This document shows positions 43,099 through 52,240 of a DNA stretch of 64,000 nt, piece by piece. The position numbers and the translations under genes are program-made. Source of the DNA: a virus (taxonomy: Duplodnaviria; Heunggongvirae; Uroviricota; Caudoviricetes); IMG/VR virus record IMGVR_UViG_3300001199_000001, positions 5,404-69,403 of that record; one strand, written 5' to 3'. Every line of letters starts with the position of its first letter. Positions within the stretch are counted from its first letter, which is position 1. The notes under the pieces are model-generated. The model did no database searches. It worked only from the letters and a program-made list of their open reading frames with translations, and was not told the DNA's origin.

Positions 43099-43273
43099 CA
43101 GGGGAAACGAAAGTGAAAAGCAAGGCTAAAGCAAATGGCAAAGAGCAAATTGCAAATAACAACGAGCAAAATCCTAAAAACCGACGATCAATAAGCAAAG
43201 CCTCCACGCATTTCTGCGCTTCATCGGTAATTATCGCCGGAGCAAAGGATTTGAGCGCCTGAGCGCTAGCCAT
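43085..43273 (-). CDS. small membrane protein
   Basis: 62 aa hydrophobic ORF. Confidence 0.4.
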   Translation of the reverse strand: MASAQALKSFAPAIITDEAQKCVEALLIDRRFLGFCSLLFAICSLPFALALLFTFVSPDDAA

Positions 43274-43359
43274 TATGTTGTAATCTCGCGATTACGGGTA
43301 GCCTGTACTCCTTCACTTTCGCCCCTCAGGGTTGGAGCTTGCGCTCCTCGCCTAAGCTA

Positions 43360-43923
43360 TTAATCGATCAGGCCGAGCGTCCGCAGACGGCCCTCGGTGG
43401 CTGAATCGATCTCGATCTTGTTCTGCATATTGATCTCCATCAGGCGATCAGAAATACGCGTCTTCTGGCGACGAATCGCCTGGAAGTCCTCGGCGAGCTT
43501 GGCCTTGAATTCCTCGGTCAGCGCCGAAGTCGTGACGTAATTGTTGCCGTAGCCGTTCTCCAGCCCCTTCAGGAGAGCCGCCATCTCACCGTTCAACTGC
43601 GCCTTTGACATACGCAGGCCCGAGCCTACGGCGGCGCTGATCAGCTTCTCATGCGCATTGCAGACCTCGCGCTCGACGAGCAGATCATCGACGCCGGTTC
43701 TGGCATTAGCGGCGGCGAGCGCCCGCCGGATGCTGTAGGCCGACGTGATAAGATCACGCGCGACGGTGATGTTCTGCTCGAATTCTACACTCAGCTTGCT
43801 GAGCGTTTGCTCTGCATTCCCATCATAGATCGACAGCCGCTCCGACGACTTCGCCTTGATCTGGTGAGCCGCTTCGATCAGCGCTTGCGCCAGCAGGTGA
43901 GCCTTGCGGAGAGTGACTTGCAT
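43360..43923 (-). CDS. coiled-coil protein
   Basis: 187 aa; AAGGGA RBS; promoter upstream. Confidence 0.55.
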   Translation of the reverse strand: MQVTLRKAHLLAQALIEAAHQIKAKSSERLSIYDGNAEQTLSKLSVEFEQNITVARDLITSAYSIRRALAAANARTGVDDLLVEREVCNAHEKLISAAVGSGLRMSKAQLNGEMAALLKGLENGYGNNYVTTSALTEEFKAKLAEDFQAIRRQKTRISDRLMEINMQNKIEIDSATEGRLRTLGLID

Positions 43924-44173
43924 TGGTGGTCCCTTTGTGTTGACAGCTATCTAACGTGTCAGCACCAGCGCTGTCAACCGATAATTTCGTAAGACCAACA
44001 AACGCTGACGCCATTCCAAACTTGGCGTCCATGTCGTGAACTACGTCCGTGACCTCGAACCTTGACGACATGTCACCTCGAAAAGTGAAGCGAATCTGAT
44101 CGCCGACGGACGGCACACGCGGCCAATGAATCTGCTGGCGATAATTACCGCAAACCAGTTCAAGAAGCGTCAT
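43823..44173 (-). CDS. hypothetical protein (3' end overlaps promoter and next gene; extent uncertain)
   Basis: ATGA coupling at 44173. Confidence 0.35.
   Translation of the reverse strand: MTLLELVCGNYRQQIHWPRVPSVGDQIRFTFRGDMSSRFEVTDVVHDMDAKFGMASAFVGLTKLSVDSAGADTLDSCQHKGTTNASHSPQGSPAGASADRSGSPDQGEVVGAAVDL
43949..43977 (-). promoter_or_regulatory. sigma70-like promoter TTGACA-N17-TTAGAT
   Basis: minus TTGACA = plus 43972-43977; -10 = plus 43949-43954; 24-nt leader with RBS. Confidence 0.55.
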
Positions 44174-44706
44174 GCGTGGACTTCGTTGTCGTAACGCTTG
44201 GCGAAACCACTGGACCCGTAACGGTCTGACTGATAGGTGGCCAGCAATTCGTAGCGCCGCCTCATGAGAGCGCTATATTTGTACTTCACGTCTTTAAATT
44301 TCCCCTCATCCGCTACCCGGATGCGTATGTCCTCGGGCGGGATCGCGGTCATGACGCAATAACATTTTTCGGAAAACATCACCCAGAACTTACGCTTGCG
44401 TCCGCTCCAGGGCTGAAAGACCACTTCATAAACGGTGGTGTCGTCGGATTTTACGAACAATCGCTTTACTTTTTCGCCGGACTGGGTCGGCGAGTACTCG
44501 CGGAATATCATCCAATTCAAGCGTTCCCAATCTTGGGCTGACAAGGTGATATTATAACGGGCTTTGAGTCGGTCCAGTGTGTGCTCGGCGCAAAGCTGGA
44601 GTATGTGCGTCAGGTTGGTGACATGACCTTCCTGCTCTCGATAGCGCTGTAGGACGGGGTTGTAATTGAATTGGTAGAGACGCTTGGGAAGAAGCTTCTC
44701 GGCCAT
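44170..44706 (-). CDS. hypothetical protein
   Basis: 178 aa ORF. Confidence 0.55.
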   Translation of the reverse strand: MAEKLLPKRLYQFNYNPVLQRYREQEGHVTNLTHILQLCAEHTLDRLKARYNITLSAQDWERLNWMIFREYSPTQSGEKVKRLFVKSDDTTVYEVVFQPWSGRKRKFWVMFSEKCYCVMTAIPPEDIRIRVADEGKFKDVKYKYSALMRRRYELLATYQSDRYGSSGFAKRYDNEVHA

Positions 44707-44766
44707 CAGGGAGCCTCGCGGGGGTCTGTGTGTGGCCCCTAAGCTAGGGAGCCCTGCGACATTCTG

Positions 44767-45162
44767 TCAACCCTCAGATCGCAGCATTCCCTTCGGCGGC
44801 GGCGCCTTCGGCTTTTTTGGCGGCGGCCCGTTGCTATCCTCATCGCGCTCGCGTTGTATTTCTCGCAATATTGTGTCATAGTTGTATGGACGTTCGAGGA
44901 GATAGTCGAAAGCACCGGCTTTTGGTCGGTGGACGCGGCTGAAATAAGTCGAGCACCACCAGTCTCGCGGATTTCGCATTTGTGGGAAGATTAACCGAAT
45001 GCCGGGCGCGTCGCAGCCAAATCCCGATGTACATGCGTGCGGGGTGGAGCGGCCGATCATGATTTCGGCGACCCGATAAAGTCGCCGCTTCTCAATCGCT
45101 ACTTTACCATCGGTCGCTGTATATAAAGCGACTACGAAATCACCCGCCGCAAGATCGGTCAT
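44767..45162 (-). CDS. tandem paralog family protein (copy 3)
   Basis: shares GDFV...Y.V.EI...C...G..L...WC..F...YRPK.GAFDYLL with next two genes. Confidence 0.55.
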   Translation of the reverse strand: MTDLAAGDFVVALYTATDGKVAIEKRRLYRVAEIMIGRSTPHACTSGFGCDAPGIRLIFPQMRNPRDWWCSTYFSRVHRPKAGAFDYLLERPYNYDTILREIQRERDEDSNGPPPKKPKAPPPKGMLRSEG

Positions 45163-45455
45163 TACACAGACTCAAGATCATCGACCGGTGTGAGGAGATA
45201 ATCAAACGCCCCCGGCTTTGGACGATATATTGGCCTGAAGGACTGGGAGCACCACGCTTCGCCTTGGGGCATCTTCGGAGAAGACAGGATGACGCCGTCG
45301 CCGCGACAACCGGGATGCAGGCTGCAATCCAGTTTGCGCCACAACTCCGGTTCGATGTCTTGGACGTGGTACATCACGCCCTCGCAGATCATCACACCGG
45401 GGTAGGCCTCATCGTTCTCGATACTTTGGACGTAATCGCCGGGTAGGAAACTCAT
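45162..45455 (-). CDS. tandem paralog family protein (copy 2)
   Basis: ATGA coupling; motif ...WCSQSFRPIYRPKPGAFDYLL. Confidence 0.55.
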   Translation of the reverse strand: MSFLPGDYVQSIENDEAYPGVMICEGVMYHVQDIEPELWRKLDCSLHPGCRGDGVILSSPKMPQGEAWCSQSFRPIYRPKPGAFDYLLTPVDDLESV

Positions 45456-45766
45456 TACTGTGGTTCTTTTGTCGATTTAACTTGGATGGCGTGAAAGCGG
45501 CGTTCCAGGGGCTTCATCAGATTCTTGATGAGATCGTCGTTCGGTCGGTAGACGAGTTTGAAGCGCTCCGAGCAGAAACATTCGTCGTCTAACGAAACTT
45601 CCTTTAAAGTGACTCCTATGCCGGTGCAGTGATCGCCGTGGGCCGCACAGCCGTCATACATGGCGTCTGGCCATATCTCGGCAACGGTATAAAGCGTCTT
45701 AGTGTCGACCCCGCCGGTTGCATCCTCGGCAAGACATTTAACAAAATCCCCGACGATCAAACTCAT
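45455..45766 (-). CDS. tandem paralog family protein (copy 1)
   Basis: ATGA coupling; MSLIVGDFVKCL...CSERFKLVYRPNDDL. Confidence 0.55.
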   Translation of the reverse strand: MSLIVGDFVKCLAEDATGGVDTKTLYTVAEIWPDAMYDGCAAHGDHCTGIGVTLKEVSLDDECFCSERFKLVYRPNDDLIKNLMKPLERRFHAIQVKSTKEPQ

Positions 45767-45769
45767 GAC

Positions 45770-45946
45770 TCAAACCCTGATTAAAGTGTCTTCAATGGAA
45801 TAGTTCGGGTCTTTTAGATCGGGGATATGAGCGAGGGCTTCGTCGCGGGTCTCGTACTCGCCGATTTTAACCGGCACGAGGTACCCCGCATCGAACCACA
45901 CTCGATAGACCCGCTTAACGCGGTAGCCGCGCCAATTGCTTGACAT
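45770..45946 (-). CDS. hypothetical 58-aa protein
   Basis: MSSNWRGYRVKRVYRVWFDAGYLVPVKIGEYETRDEAL...; TAATG coupling. Confidence 0.4.
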   Translation of the reverse strand: MSSNWRGYRVKRVYRVWFDAGYLVPVKIGEYETRDEALAHIPDLKDPNYSIEDTLIRV

Positions 45947-46350
45947 TAGGGTGCGAGCCTTCTGCCGAGATTGTCGGTGGTGTCCGGGTCGAGTAGTTTA
46001 GCCAGCTTGGCTTCGGCCGCCTCCATGATCGCCTGCCGGTTCACCACGCCCCGCTCTTCGGCGTAGGCGACTGCGGCGAGAACATCGCCGAGTTCCTTTT
46101 CGAGGCAGGTGCGCGGCGTCTTGTCCATATCGACGTGTCCGGTTAGCGGGTCTTTGACGCCGGGCGTGTCGATACCGAACCGTCCGGCCTTGCCGATCAA
46201 CTGCGCAACCTCGCCCATTTCTTCCGTCAGAAGAGCTAGGAAATACTGCTCGGCGTTGCGGTTGTCAGCGTCATTCACCATAGCGCAAACCCCTATTTCG
46301 TCAAGAATTTTGTCAAGGAAACCAAACTTCCATGTCAACGTGGCTGACAT
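45946..46350 (-). CDS. MazG-like nucleoside triphosphate pyrophosphohydrolase
   Basis: LLTEEMGEVAQ...EKELGDVLAAVAY (EExxE...ExxD MazG motifs). Confidence 0.65.
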   Translation of the reverse strand: MSATLTWKFGFLDKILDEIGVCAMVNDADNRNAEQYFLALLTEEMGEVAQLIGKAGRFGIDTPGVKDPLTGHVDMDKTPRTCLEKELGDVLAAVAYAEERGVVNRQAIMEAAEAKLAKLLDPDTTDNLGRRLAP

Positions 46351-46910
46351 CAGCCCCCGCCGTATAACCCAATAGCGGTGGTGAAGCGAGGCTCGGCGAC
46401 GCCCGTGCCATAGAGCCATTTGTCGCGGCGCCCGTAGGAGCCGATCTCGACGTAACCGATGTTCAGGTCAAAACCCTCTTCGGTCATGATCCAGTTAACC
46501 ATTCCGTCTAAGGCTCCGGCGGCCTTAACCTCGGTGTTGGCAAACTGGTAGGCGTCTTGACGCAGCCGGGTTAACGCTCGCTCAGAAAGATCGTCGTTCT
46601 GATAAAGCTCGACCTTCATGAAGTGTTTCTGGTGCAGTCCGTCGTTCAGTTCGGTAAGGCGGAAACACGGGGTGCAGGCGACGAACCTGCCCTTGCCAAG
46701 CTCAGCGACATTATCGAGGTGTAAGAAAGATTGTTCGGCTGATCCCACAAGAGTGCCGATGGAGGTCCGCGCCCCCTCTCGCCAAGCGTCTGGCTGTGCG
46801 GTGATCGCGACAATTTCGTCAGGCACAGCCCAAGGCGCTTCTATATATGTATAGCCCTTGGTCTGGTAGTAGGTGACCGCACGGCTCAGGCGACCCCAGT
46901 TGATGGTCAT
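46350..46910 (-). CDS. hypothetical protein
   Basis: 186 aa ORF. Confidence 0.55.
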   Translation of the reverse strand: MTINWGRLSRAVTYYQTKGYTYIEAPWAVPDEIVAITAQPDAWREGARTSIGTLVGSAEQSFLHLDNVAELGKGRFVACTPCFRLTELNDGLHQKHFMKVELYQNDDLSERALTRLRQDAYQFANTEVKAAGALDGMVNWIMTEEGFDLNIGYVEIGSYGRRDKWLYGTGVAEPRFTTAIGLYGGG

Positions 46911-47167
46911 GTTCGTGCTGTCCTGACGCCGGACGCGAAGGCCCGCGCCGTGATCTCCGAGAACGCGATGAGGTCGTTCAAGTCGACGGATGGATGATGG
47001 TTGGCGAGATAAAGACGCACAGCCCCTACGAGGTCAGCGAGTTCGACCAACGCCATCACCTTACTGCCCTGGTCCACCGCATCGATGAACTCCAGGGTTT
47101 CTTCCAAGACCTTCGAGGCTTCGCCTAGCTGGCCCCGAGGAATGTGCGCAAGGTGATAGCCGGACAT
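46907..47167 (-). CDS. hypothetical protein
   Basis: internal start with TAATG coupling. Confidence 0.4.
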   Translation of the reverse strand: MSGYHLAHIPRGQLGEASKVLEETLEFIDAVDQGSKVMALVELADLVGAVRLYLANHHPSVDLNDLIAFSEITARAFASGVRTART

Positions 47168-47427
47168 TAGGGCGTCTTGATCAGATACAGTTTCCAGTCG
47201 CCATAAATCTTGAGCAGCGTATCCGTGCGGGCCAGCCTGTCGACGACATAGGCCCAACCACCGAGCGTGTTGATTTCAACGAACGCCACGGTCTTGCCGT
47301 CGTCATGGGTCGGCGTTTCGCCCGTGTGAGCGCAGACAATGCGAAAATGGCCCGGATCACCAATCGGGTTACCGTCGCAGTCGCGTACGACGCGGCCATC
47401 GACGCGTGCATAGAAAAGTTCTTTCAT
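47167..47427 (-). CDS. hypothetical protein
   Basis: start MKELFYARV. Confidence 0.45.
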   Translation of the reverse strand: MKELFYARVDGRVVRDCDGNPIGDPGHFRIVCAHTGETPTHDDGKTVAFVEINTLGGWAYVVDRLARTDTLLKIYGDWKLYLIKTP

Positions 47428-47636
47428 GCTGCTTCTCCCATGTCGTCCGGTGCGATAACCAGCCGCAGTTCCCACGTCCGCTTGGTAATGTAAGGACAAA
47501 TGTGGGGGTGCTTCTCGGCGACCATGGGACTTCTGACTACCGCCCAATCCCCATCGACGAACACGATTTCGCCGCGCGAGACGACTTCATTCATGGACCA
47601 GCCGTTGGACCATTCGACTTTATCGCCCGGCAGCAT
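47424..47636 (-). CDS. hypothetical protein
   Basis: start MLPGDKVEW. Confidence 0.4.
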   Translation of the reverse strand: MLPGDKVEWSNGWSMNEVVSRGEIVFVDGDWAVVRSPMVAEKHPHICPYITKRTWELRLVIAPDDMGEAA

Positions 47637-47637
47637 C

Positions 47638-47865
47638 TCAGTGGCTCGTACCGACGGTGTCAAAAGCAAGGTCATGCAAAATGCCGAGCGAGGCTTCTTC
47701 GCCGCCGAACATGGCCGAGACGGTGACTCCGCCATCGTCCGAAAAGTTCAAGCTGACGATTTCACATTCATCGACAGTCTCGCTGAAAACATCAGCGTCG
47801 ATATGCTGAGCAATAAGCTCCATCAGCGTTTCGTGGGGAATAAGCACGGTGACGATGCCCTTCAT
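47638..47865 (-). CDS. hypothetical protein
   Basis: start MKGIVTVLIP. Confidence 0.4.
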   Translation of the reverse strand: MKGIVTVLIPHETLMELIAQHIDADVFSETVDECEIVSLNFSDDGGVTVSAMFGGEEASLGILHDLAFDTVGTSH

Positions 47866-47976
47866 GGACGATCCTCGCAAATCATACAGGGAGGCTTTGG
47901 GATCGTGTCTGGTAGGGTGATGGCGAACCAAAGCTTAAACGCCACCCACGACCGTCTGTGTTGTAGCGAGTACACG

Positions 47977-48153
47977 CTACTTGGCAGAATCCTCGGTGTC
48001 GGCTTCGGCGCCAGCACCTGTCCGTTCACGTCGGTTGATTTCAAACTGGGCGGCAGCGCTGGAAAGCGTCTTTGCTTCGACGATCTTCTTCAGTTCGCCG
48101 ATGGATTTGCGGCGGAAGCTGTTTGCGCGCTTGTTATTGATAGGGTTGGACAT
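47977..48153 (-). CDS. hypothetical 58-aa basic protein; first gene of minus block
   Basis: MSNPINNKRANSFRRKSIGELKKIVEAKTLSS... Confidence 0.4.
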   Translation of the reverse strand: MSNPINNKRANSFRRKSIGELKKIVEAKTLSSAAAQFEINRRERTGAGAEADTEDSAK

Positions 48154-48348
48154 CCGAGCCTTCTTATTGATCTAGGTGCCCGATGGACGGCGCGACAACG
48201 AGGGCTGTTCTCTCAGAACATCTTCGTGGTGCAGAGACGCCCCTCTAGGCGCGCCATCCATCGGATAAAGTGACACATACGCCTCTGCGCCCCTCGTGTC
48301 AATAATCCTGACACGGAAATCCAGCGAGGCTGTCCCAAGTCCGAATCC

Positions 48349-48373
48349 TTGACAGATTCCACTTAATGTGACA
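48349..48373 (+). promoter_or_regulatory. conserved late-region element TTGACA-N7-CTTAATGTGACA (copy 1), upstream of portal gene
   Basis: same element at 56751 and 57832. Confidence 0.45.
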
Positions 48374-48446
48374 GAAGGTGGAGGTTGAGGCACAGGTTTA
48401 ACATTCGGGGCCGCCTCGTAACTCCCGAAATTCCGTTGGAAAATCA

Positions 48447-50246
48447 ATGTCCGGACTCGCTCCGAACTCCTCGAATTATCAAAGAGTTTCACGCGCCGTC
48501 GATCAGGCCGTCCATCTGCTTGTCCACCCCGAATATGAGTACTGGCTTCCGGAATGGCGGAAGATCAGGGACGCTCTGCGTGGCCAAAAGGAGATCAAGC
48601 AGAAGTCCGAGAGCTACCTGAAGCGTATGAAGGGGATGGACGACGAGGACTACGAAATCTATCTCGACCGCGCCTTGTTCTACAACATGACCGCGCAGAC
48701 CCTGAACGGCATGATCGGTCAGGTTTTCCGGCGCGAGCCCATCGTCCGCAACCTGCCGGACAAATTTAAGAACGCTGTCCGTAAGTTCGCTAAAGACGGA
48801 ACCAGCCATATCGGGCTGGCCAAGACCAGCATGGGCGAACAGCTATCGCTGGCTCGTTTTGGCATTCTCGTCGATGCGGCGGCTTCCGTACAATTGGAAA
48901 GCCCGTCTTCGTACGCCGTCGGCTACCAGACAGAAGATATCCTTGATTGGACCGTTGAAGAGGTCGACGGATTTTATCGCCCGACACGCGTCCTGCTGCG
49001 GGAATATGTCCGCGACGACTCGTTGTCGGCGAGCAATGCGCCGAGCGATACGGTCTCCCGCCGTGGAGCCGGTCCCCGCGTCAATGTGTCTAAAGCACGG
49101 GCTGGCATGCAGCCGAAACGCTCGTACACGAACTTCCAATATAAGGTGATCTACCGGGAACTCCTGCTGATCCCGCATCCTCGTCACCCGCAATTCGAAC
49201 GTGTGTACGTCCAGCGTCTTTATGACACAGACCCGCAGTCAGCCCCATCGTCCGAAGTCGTTCCTGTCATTCGCGGCGTGCCGCTGCCGTTCATCCCCTT
49301 CCAGTTTTTCGGCTCGCGCACGAACACCGCTGATATTGAGCCGCCGCCGCTAAACGACATTGTCGATATTAACCTGTCGCACTACCGGACCTACGCTGAG
49401 CTTGAGTACGGTCGTACCTTCACGGCCTTGCCAGTCTATTATGCGCCGGGCGGTAACGACGAAGGGGCGTCCGCGTACCATATCGGCCCCAATATGGTTT
49501 GGGAGGTTCCGCCGGACGGGTCCGAGCCGGGCATCCTTGAATATAAAGGCGAAGGCCTGAAGGCGCTTGAAAAAGCGCTGGAACAAAAAGAACAGCAGAT
49601 CGCCTCCATCGGCGGTCGTCTGATGCCCGGTGCGTCGCGGTCGATCTCTGAGTCGAACAACCAGACTGCGCTACGTGAATCAAATGAACAGTCCTTGCTT
49701 CTCAACGCCATCCAGGCCTGTGAAGAGGGCTTTGCTGAAGTCATTCGCTGGTGGCTGATGTTCCGTGACGTGCCGCTGATCGAGACGCAGGGCCTCCGTT
49801 ACGAGTTCAACACCCAGTTCCTGTCTACGCCGATTGGCGCCCGCGAACTGCGCGCCATGCAGCTTATGTACAAAGAAGGCATCATCACTGACCAAATCTA
49901 CTACGAGTTCCTTAAGAAGGCCGAGGTCGTGCCGTCATCGTGGACCTTCGAAGAATACCAAAAGGCCCGCAAGGACCCGAACAGCTTCGTCAACAACCCC
50001 GACGCCCAAGCCCGTCAACGCGGTTATTCCGACCGCAAGCAGGAACTTGGCGTGGAGTCGACCGAGTTCGAGCAAGACATCCTCGACCGTGAGATCGAGA
50101 TCGAAGAAGAAAAGCTTGAAATTGCCGCCAAGGTTGGTTCGACCACCGTCGCAGCTTCCCGCAAGCTGGGCGATCCCGAGCAAGCTGAACCGGCGAAGGC
50201 TGATAAACTTTCTGCCAAGAAAGCCGCAGCAAAACCTAGCAAGTAG
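48447..50246 (+). CDS. putative portal protein
   Basis: 599 aa, first gene of late plus-strand block, followed by scaffold and capsid; no Walker A. Confidence 0.5.
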   Translation: MSGLAPNSSNYQRVSRAVDQAVHLLVHPEYEYWLPEWRKIRDALRGQKEIKQKSESYLKRMKGMDDEDYEIYLDRALFYNMTAQTLNGMIGQVFRREPIVRNLPDKFKNAVRKFAKDGTSHIGLAKTSMGEQLSLARFGILVDAAASVQLESPSSYAVGYQTEDILDWTVEEVDGFYRPTRVLLREYVRDDSLSASNAPSDTVSRRGAGPRVNVSKARAGMQPKRSYTNFQYKVIYRELLLIPHPRHPQFERVYVQRLYDTDPQSAPSSEVVPVIRGVPLPFIPFQFFGSRTNTADIEPPPLNDIVDINLSHYRTYAELEYGRTFTALPVYYAPGGNDEGASAYHIGPNMVWEVPPDGSEPGILEYKGEGLKALEKALEQKEQQIASIGGRLMPGASRSISESNNQTALRESNEQSLLLNAIQACEEGFAEVIRWWLMFRDVPLIETQGLRYEFNTQFLSTPIGARELRAMQLMYKEGIITDQIYYEFLKKAEVVPSSWTFEEYQKARKDPNSFVNNPDAQARQRGYSDRKQELGVESTEFEQDILDREIEIEEEKLEIAAKVGSTTVAASRKLGDPEQAEPAKADKLSAKKAAAKPSK

Positions 50247-50259
50247 AGTCACTTTAAGT
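50247..50259. repeat. AGTCACTTTAAGT motif copy 1
   Basis: immediately after portal stop codon. Confidence 0.7.
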
Positions 50260-50655
50260 TAGGATACTGTGATGCCGAAAACGACAAAGAAGGCAGCCGC
50301 AAAAGTCACCAAACCATCCAAGCGGATGCCCAAAACAAAGAAGTGCTGATGAAAAAGTTAACCCCGGTTTTCAACCCGAAACGACCCGCAGTGCTCTGCG
50401 CTAGCGTCAGTGTCATCCCCTATCTCATCGGCCTTCGTTTCGGACGAGTCGCACGTCCGAAGACCTAATCTCCCGCGCGACCTCCCCTGCGGTCTTTGCC
50501 GGGTATGAGCAGGAAAAACCGATGACGATGCGACGTTCTAACTTTTCCCTGTGTGTTGGGACTTAGTGAACGCGGGTGCGCGGGGAGGGCTAAAACCCTT
50601 CATGTAGCTCGTGAATCTTTATCAACCCGGACTTCAACTTTGAAAGGACTTCCTT

Positions 50656-50856
50656 ATGGAACCTGAAGCCCCCAAGCCTTGGTATGCCCAGCACGCCCTG
50701 GCCCTTATCACTGTCGTTGCCCTTGTGCTCGGCGGTATCGGTTACTCGATCTCTCCTGAAGACCAGCAGGTCTTGGCAGGCGCCGCTGGCGGCCTGACCG
50801 CTCTGGTCACGCAAATCGTCGGCGTCGTTAAAAACGTCCTCGCGTCTAAGAAGTAA
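50656..50856 (+). CDS. small membrane protein
   Basis: GAAAGGA RBS; two hydrophobic segments. Confidence 0.55.
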   Translation: MEPEAPKPWYAQHALALITVVALVLGGIGYSISPEDQQVLAGAAGGLTALVTQIVGVVKNVLASKK

Positions 50857-50910
50857 TAACAGGCGGACTCCCACCCGACAGGGTCCGCCCAACTATTGGA
50901 AATTTCCCCG

Positions 50911-51249
50911 ATGCCTGAGCGTCCACAACGCCGTCACCAGACTAGGCCCCAGGCCTTCACAATCCAGATTGTCCCACTCCCGGACGGTACCTTCGCGGCA
51001 TCCTCGCGTGAGTTATCCGGCGGATTCGTCAAAGGTGAGACCATTGCTGCCGTACTGACGGACATGGGGATCGTACTGGAAGGAAAAGCAGCCGCTCAAG
51101 CTACCAGAATCAGTGAACGCCGCGCCGCGCGCGCAAGCCGAAAATCGGGAGCAGACGCTACCGTGACGGTGGACGAAACGCCGCAGGTTGTCGTCCATTC
51201 GAAGAACCCGAAAAACCCTAAGGCCGGTCCCCCCGACCCTGTAAATTAA
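50911..51249 (+). CDS. HicB-like (UPF0150/RNase H-like fold) domain protein with basic tail
   Basis: FTIQIVPLPDGTFAASSRELSGGFVKGETIAAVLTDMGIVLE matches HicB yt..i..e.dG.y.a.vPelpGc.tqGdT.eEal.n. Confidence 0.55.
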   Translation: MPERPQRRHQTRPQAFTIQIVPLPDGTFAASSRELSGGFVKGETIAAVLTDMGIVLEGKAAAQATRISERRAARASRKSGADATVTVDETPQVVVHSKNPKNPKAGPPDPVN

Positions 51250-51257
51250 GGATTCTA

Positions 51258-52034
51258 ATGACCACCCTTAGGCGTTACGCGGACCATGCTGATTGGCCTA
51301 TAGCAGACTACCGTTGCACCTACCCCGGCCGATTTATGCCAAACGGCGGTGGTTCGATCATTCTCGGTGATCTCGATAGCCGGGGACGACATTATGCCGC
51401 TGCCGGTGGCCAGTATATCGAAGTCGATTTATCTAGGACGATTTTGTCATTAACCGACGCCGTGGGACTAGCGGATTTTATCCGCGATCTCACGCTTCAA
51501 ATGGGCAACATCTATCCGTCTATCGAACTCTATAGCGGTAATTTTTACGATTTCCGGAACATCGAGGATAATGAGATCGACATCGAGGATGTCGCTCATT
51601 CGCTCTCGATGCAGTGTCGGTTTGGCGGCCACTGTTCGGAGTTCTATTCGATTGCCGAGCACTCGGTCAGGGCATCGTTCATCGATCCCGATCATGACGC
51701 CTTTGACAAACTTATGCACGACGCCGCCGAGAGTGTGGCGGTTGATTTGCCTACTCCGTTCAAACGTCTCCTGCGGGATTACACCCGAATTCTAGAGCGC
51801 ATCGAGGCAAACTTCGCAGATGTCTTTGGCCACCGGCACCCGCTCCCTGAGTCAGTAAAACATGCAGACCTGACCATGCTCGCGACGGAGAAGCGCGATC
51901 TTAAGAAGACGAACAATCAGTGGGGAATGCTCGAAGGCGTGCCGACCCTGCCCGACATCATCCAGCCGTGGACTCAGAAGCAAGCGAAACAAGCCTTTTT
52001 GGATCGCTACGAGCAACTGAAACACACGGCGTAA
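51258..52034 (+). CDS. HD-domain phosphohydrolase
   Basis: VAHSLSMQCRFGGHC..FYSIAEHS...LMHDAAE...DLPTP. Confidence 0.65.
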   Translation: MTTLRRYADHADWPIADYRCTYPGRFMPNGGGSIILGDLDSRGRHYAAAGGQYIEVDLSRTILSLTDAVGLADFIRDLTLQMGNIYPSIELYSGNFYDFRNIEDNEIDIEDVAHSLSMQCRFGGHCSEFYSIAEHSVRASFIDPDHDAFDKLMHDAAESVAVDLPTPFKRLLRDYTRILERIEANFADVFGHRHPLPESVKHADLTMLATEKRDLKKTNNQWGMLEGVPTLPDIIQPWTQKQAKQAFLDRYEQLKHTA

Positions 52035-52048
52035 CAAGAGAGAAAATT

Positions 52049-52240
52049 ATGAGTGAACTGTTTTTGATTGGCTTTGATGCAGGCTCCGAGAATCGGCTCA
52101 AGGAACGCATCATTCGCATGGGTGGTGAAGTCCATCACTTTGAAGTCCGGTCGGCGACCATGAAGGTCACCGGCATCACCCGGCGCGATCTCGCGTCACT
52201 GCCGGGTGTCCGTTACGTCCAGAACGATGGGCAACGCTGA
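52049..52240 (+). CDS. hypothetical protein
   Basis: start MSELFLIGFD. Confidence 0.45.
   Translation: MSELFLIGFDAGSENRLKERIIRMGGEVHHFEVRSATMKVTGITRRDLASLPGVRYVQNDGQR

Noticed and set aside
47500-48273. 257-aa plus-strand ORF
   Set aside because: It is antisense to a run of small coupled minus-strand genes, and its start falls in the middle of the minus block.
48447-50246. Possibility that the 599-aa late protein is a terminase large subunit
   Set aside because: No Walker A (GxxxxGK[ST]) or nuclease motifs were found. Its position before scaffold and capsid and its size fit a portal better. It remains a tentative portal call.
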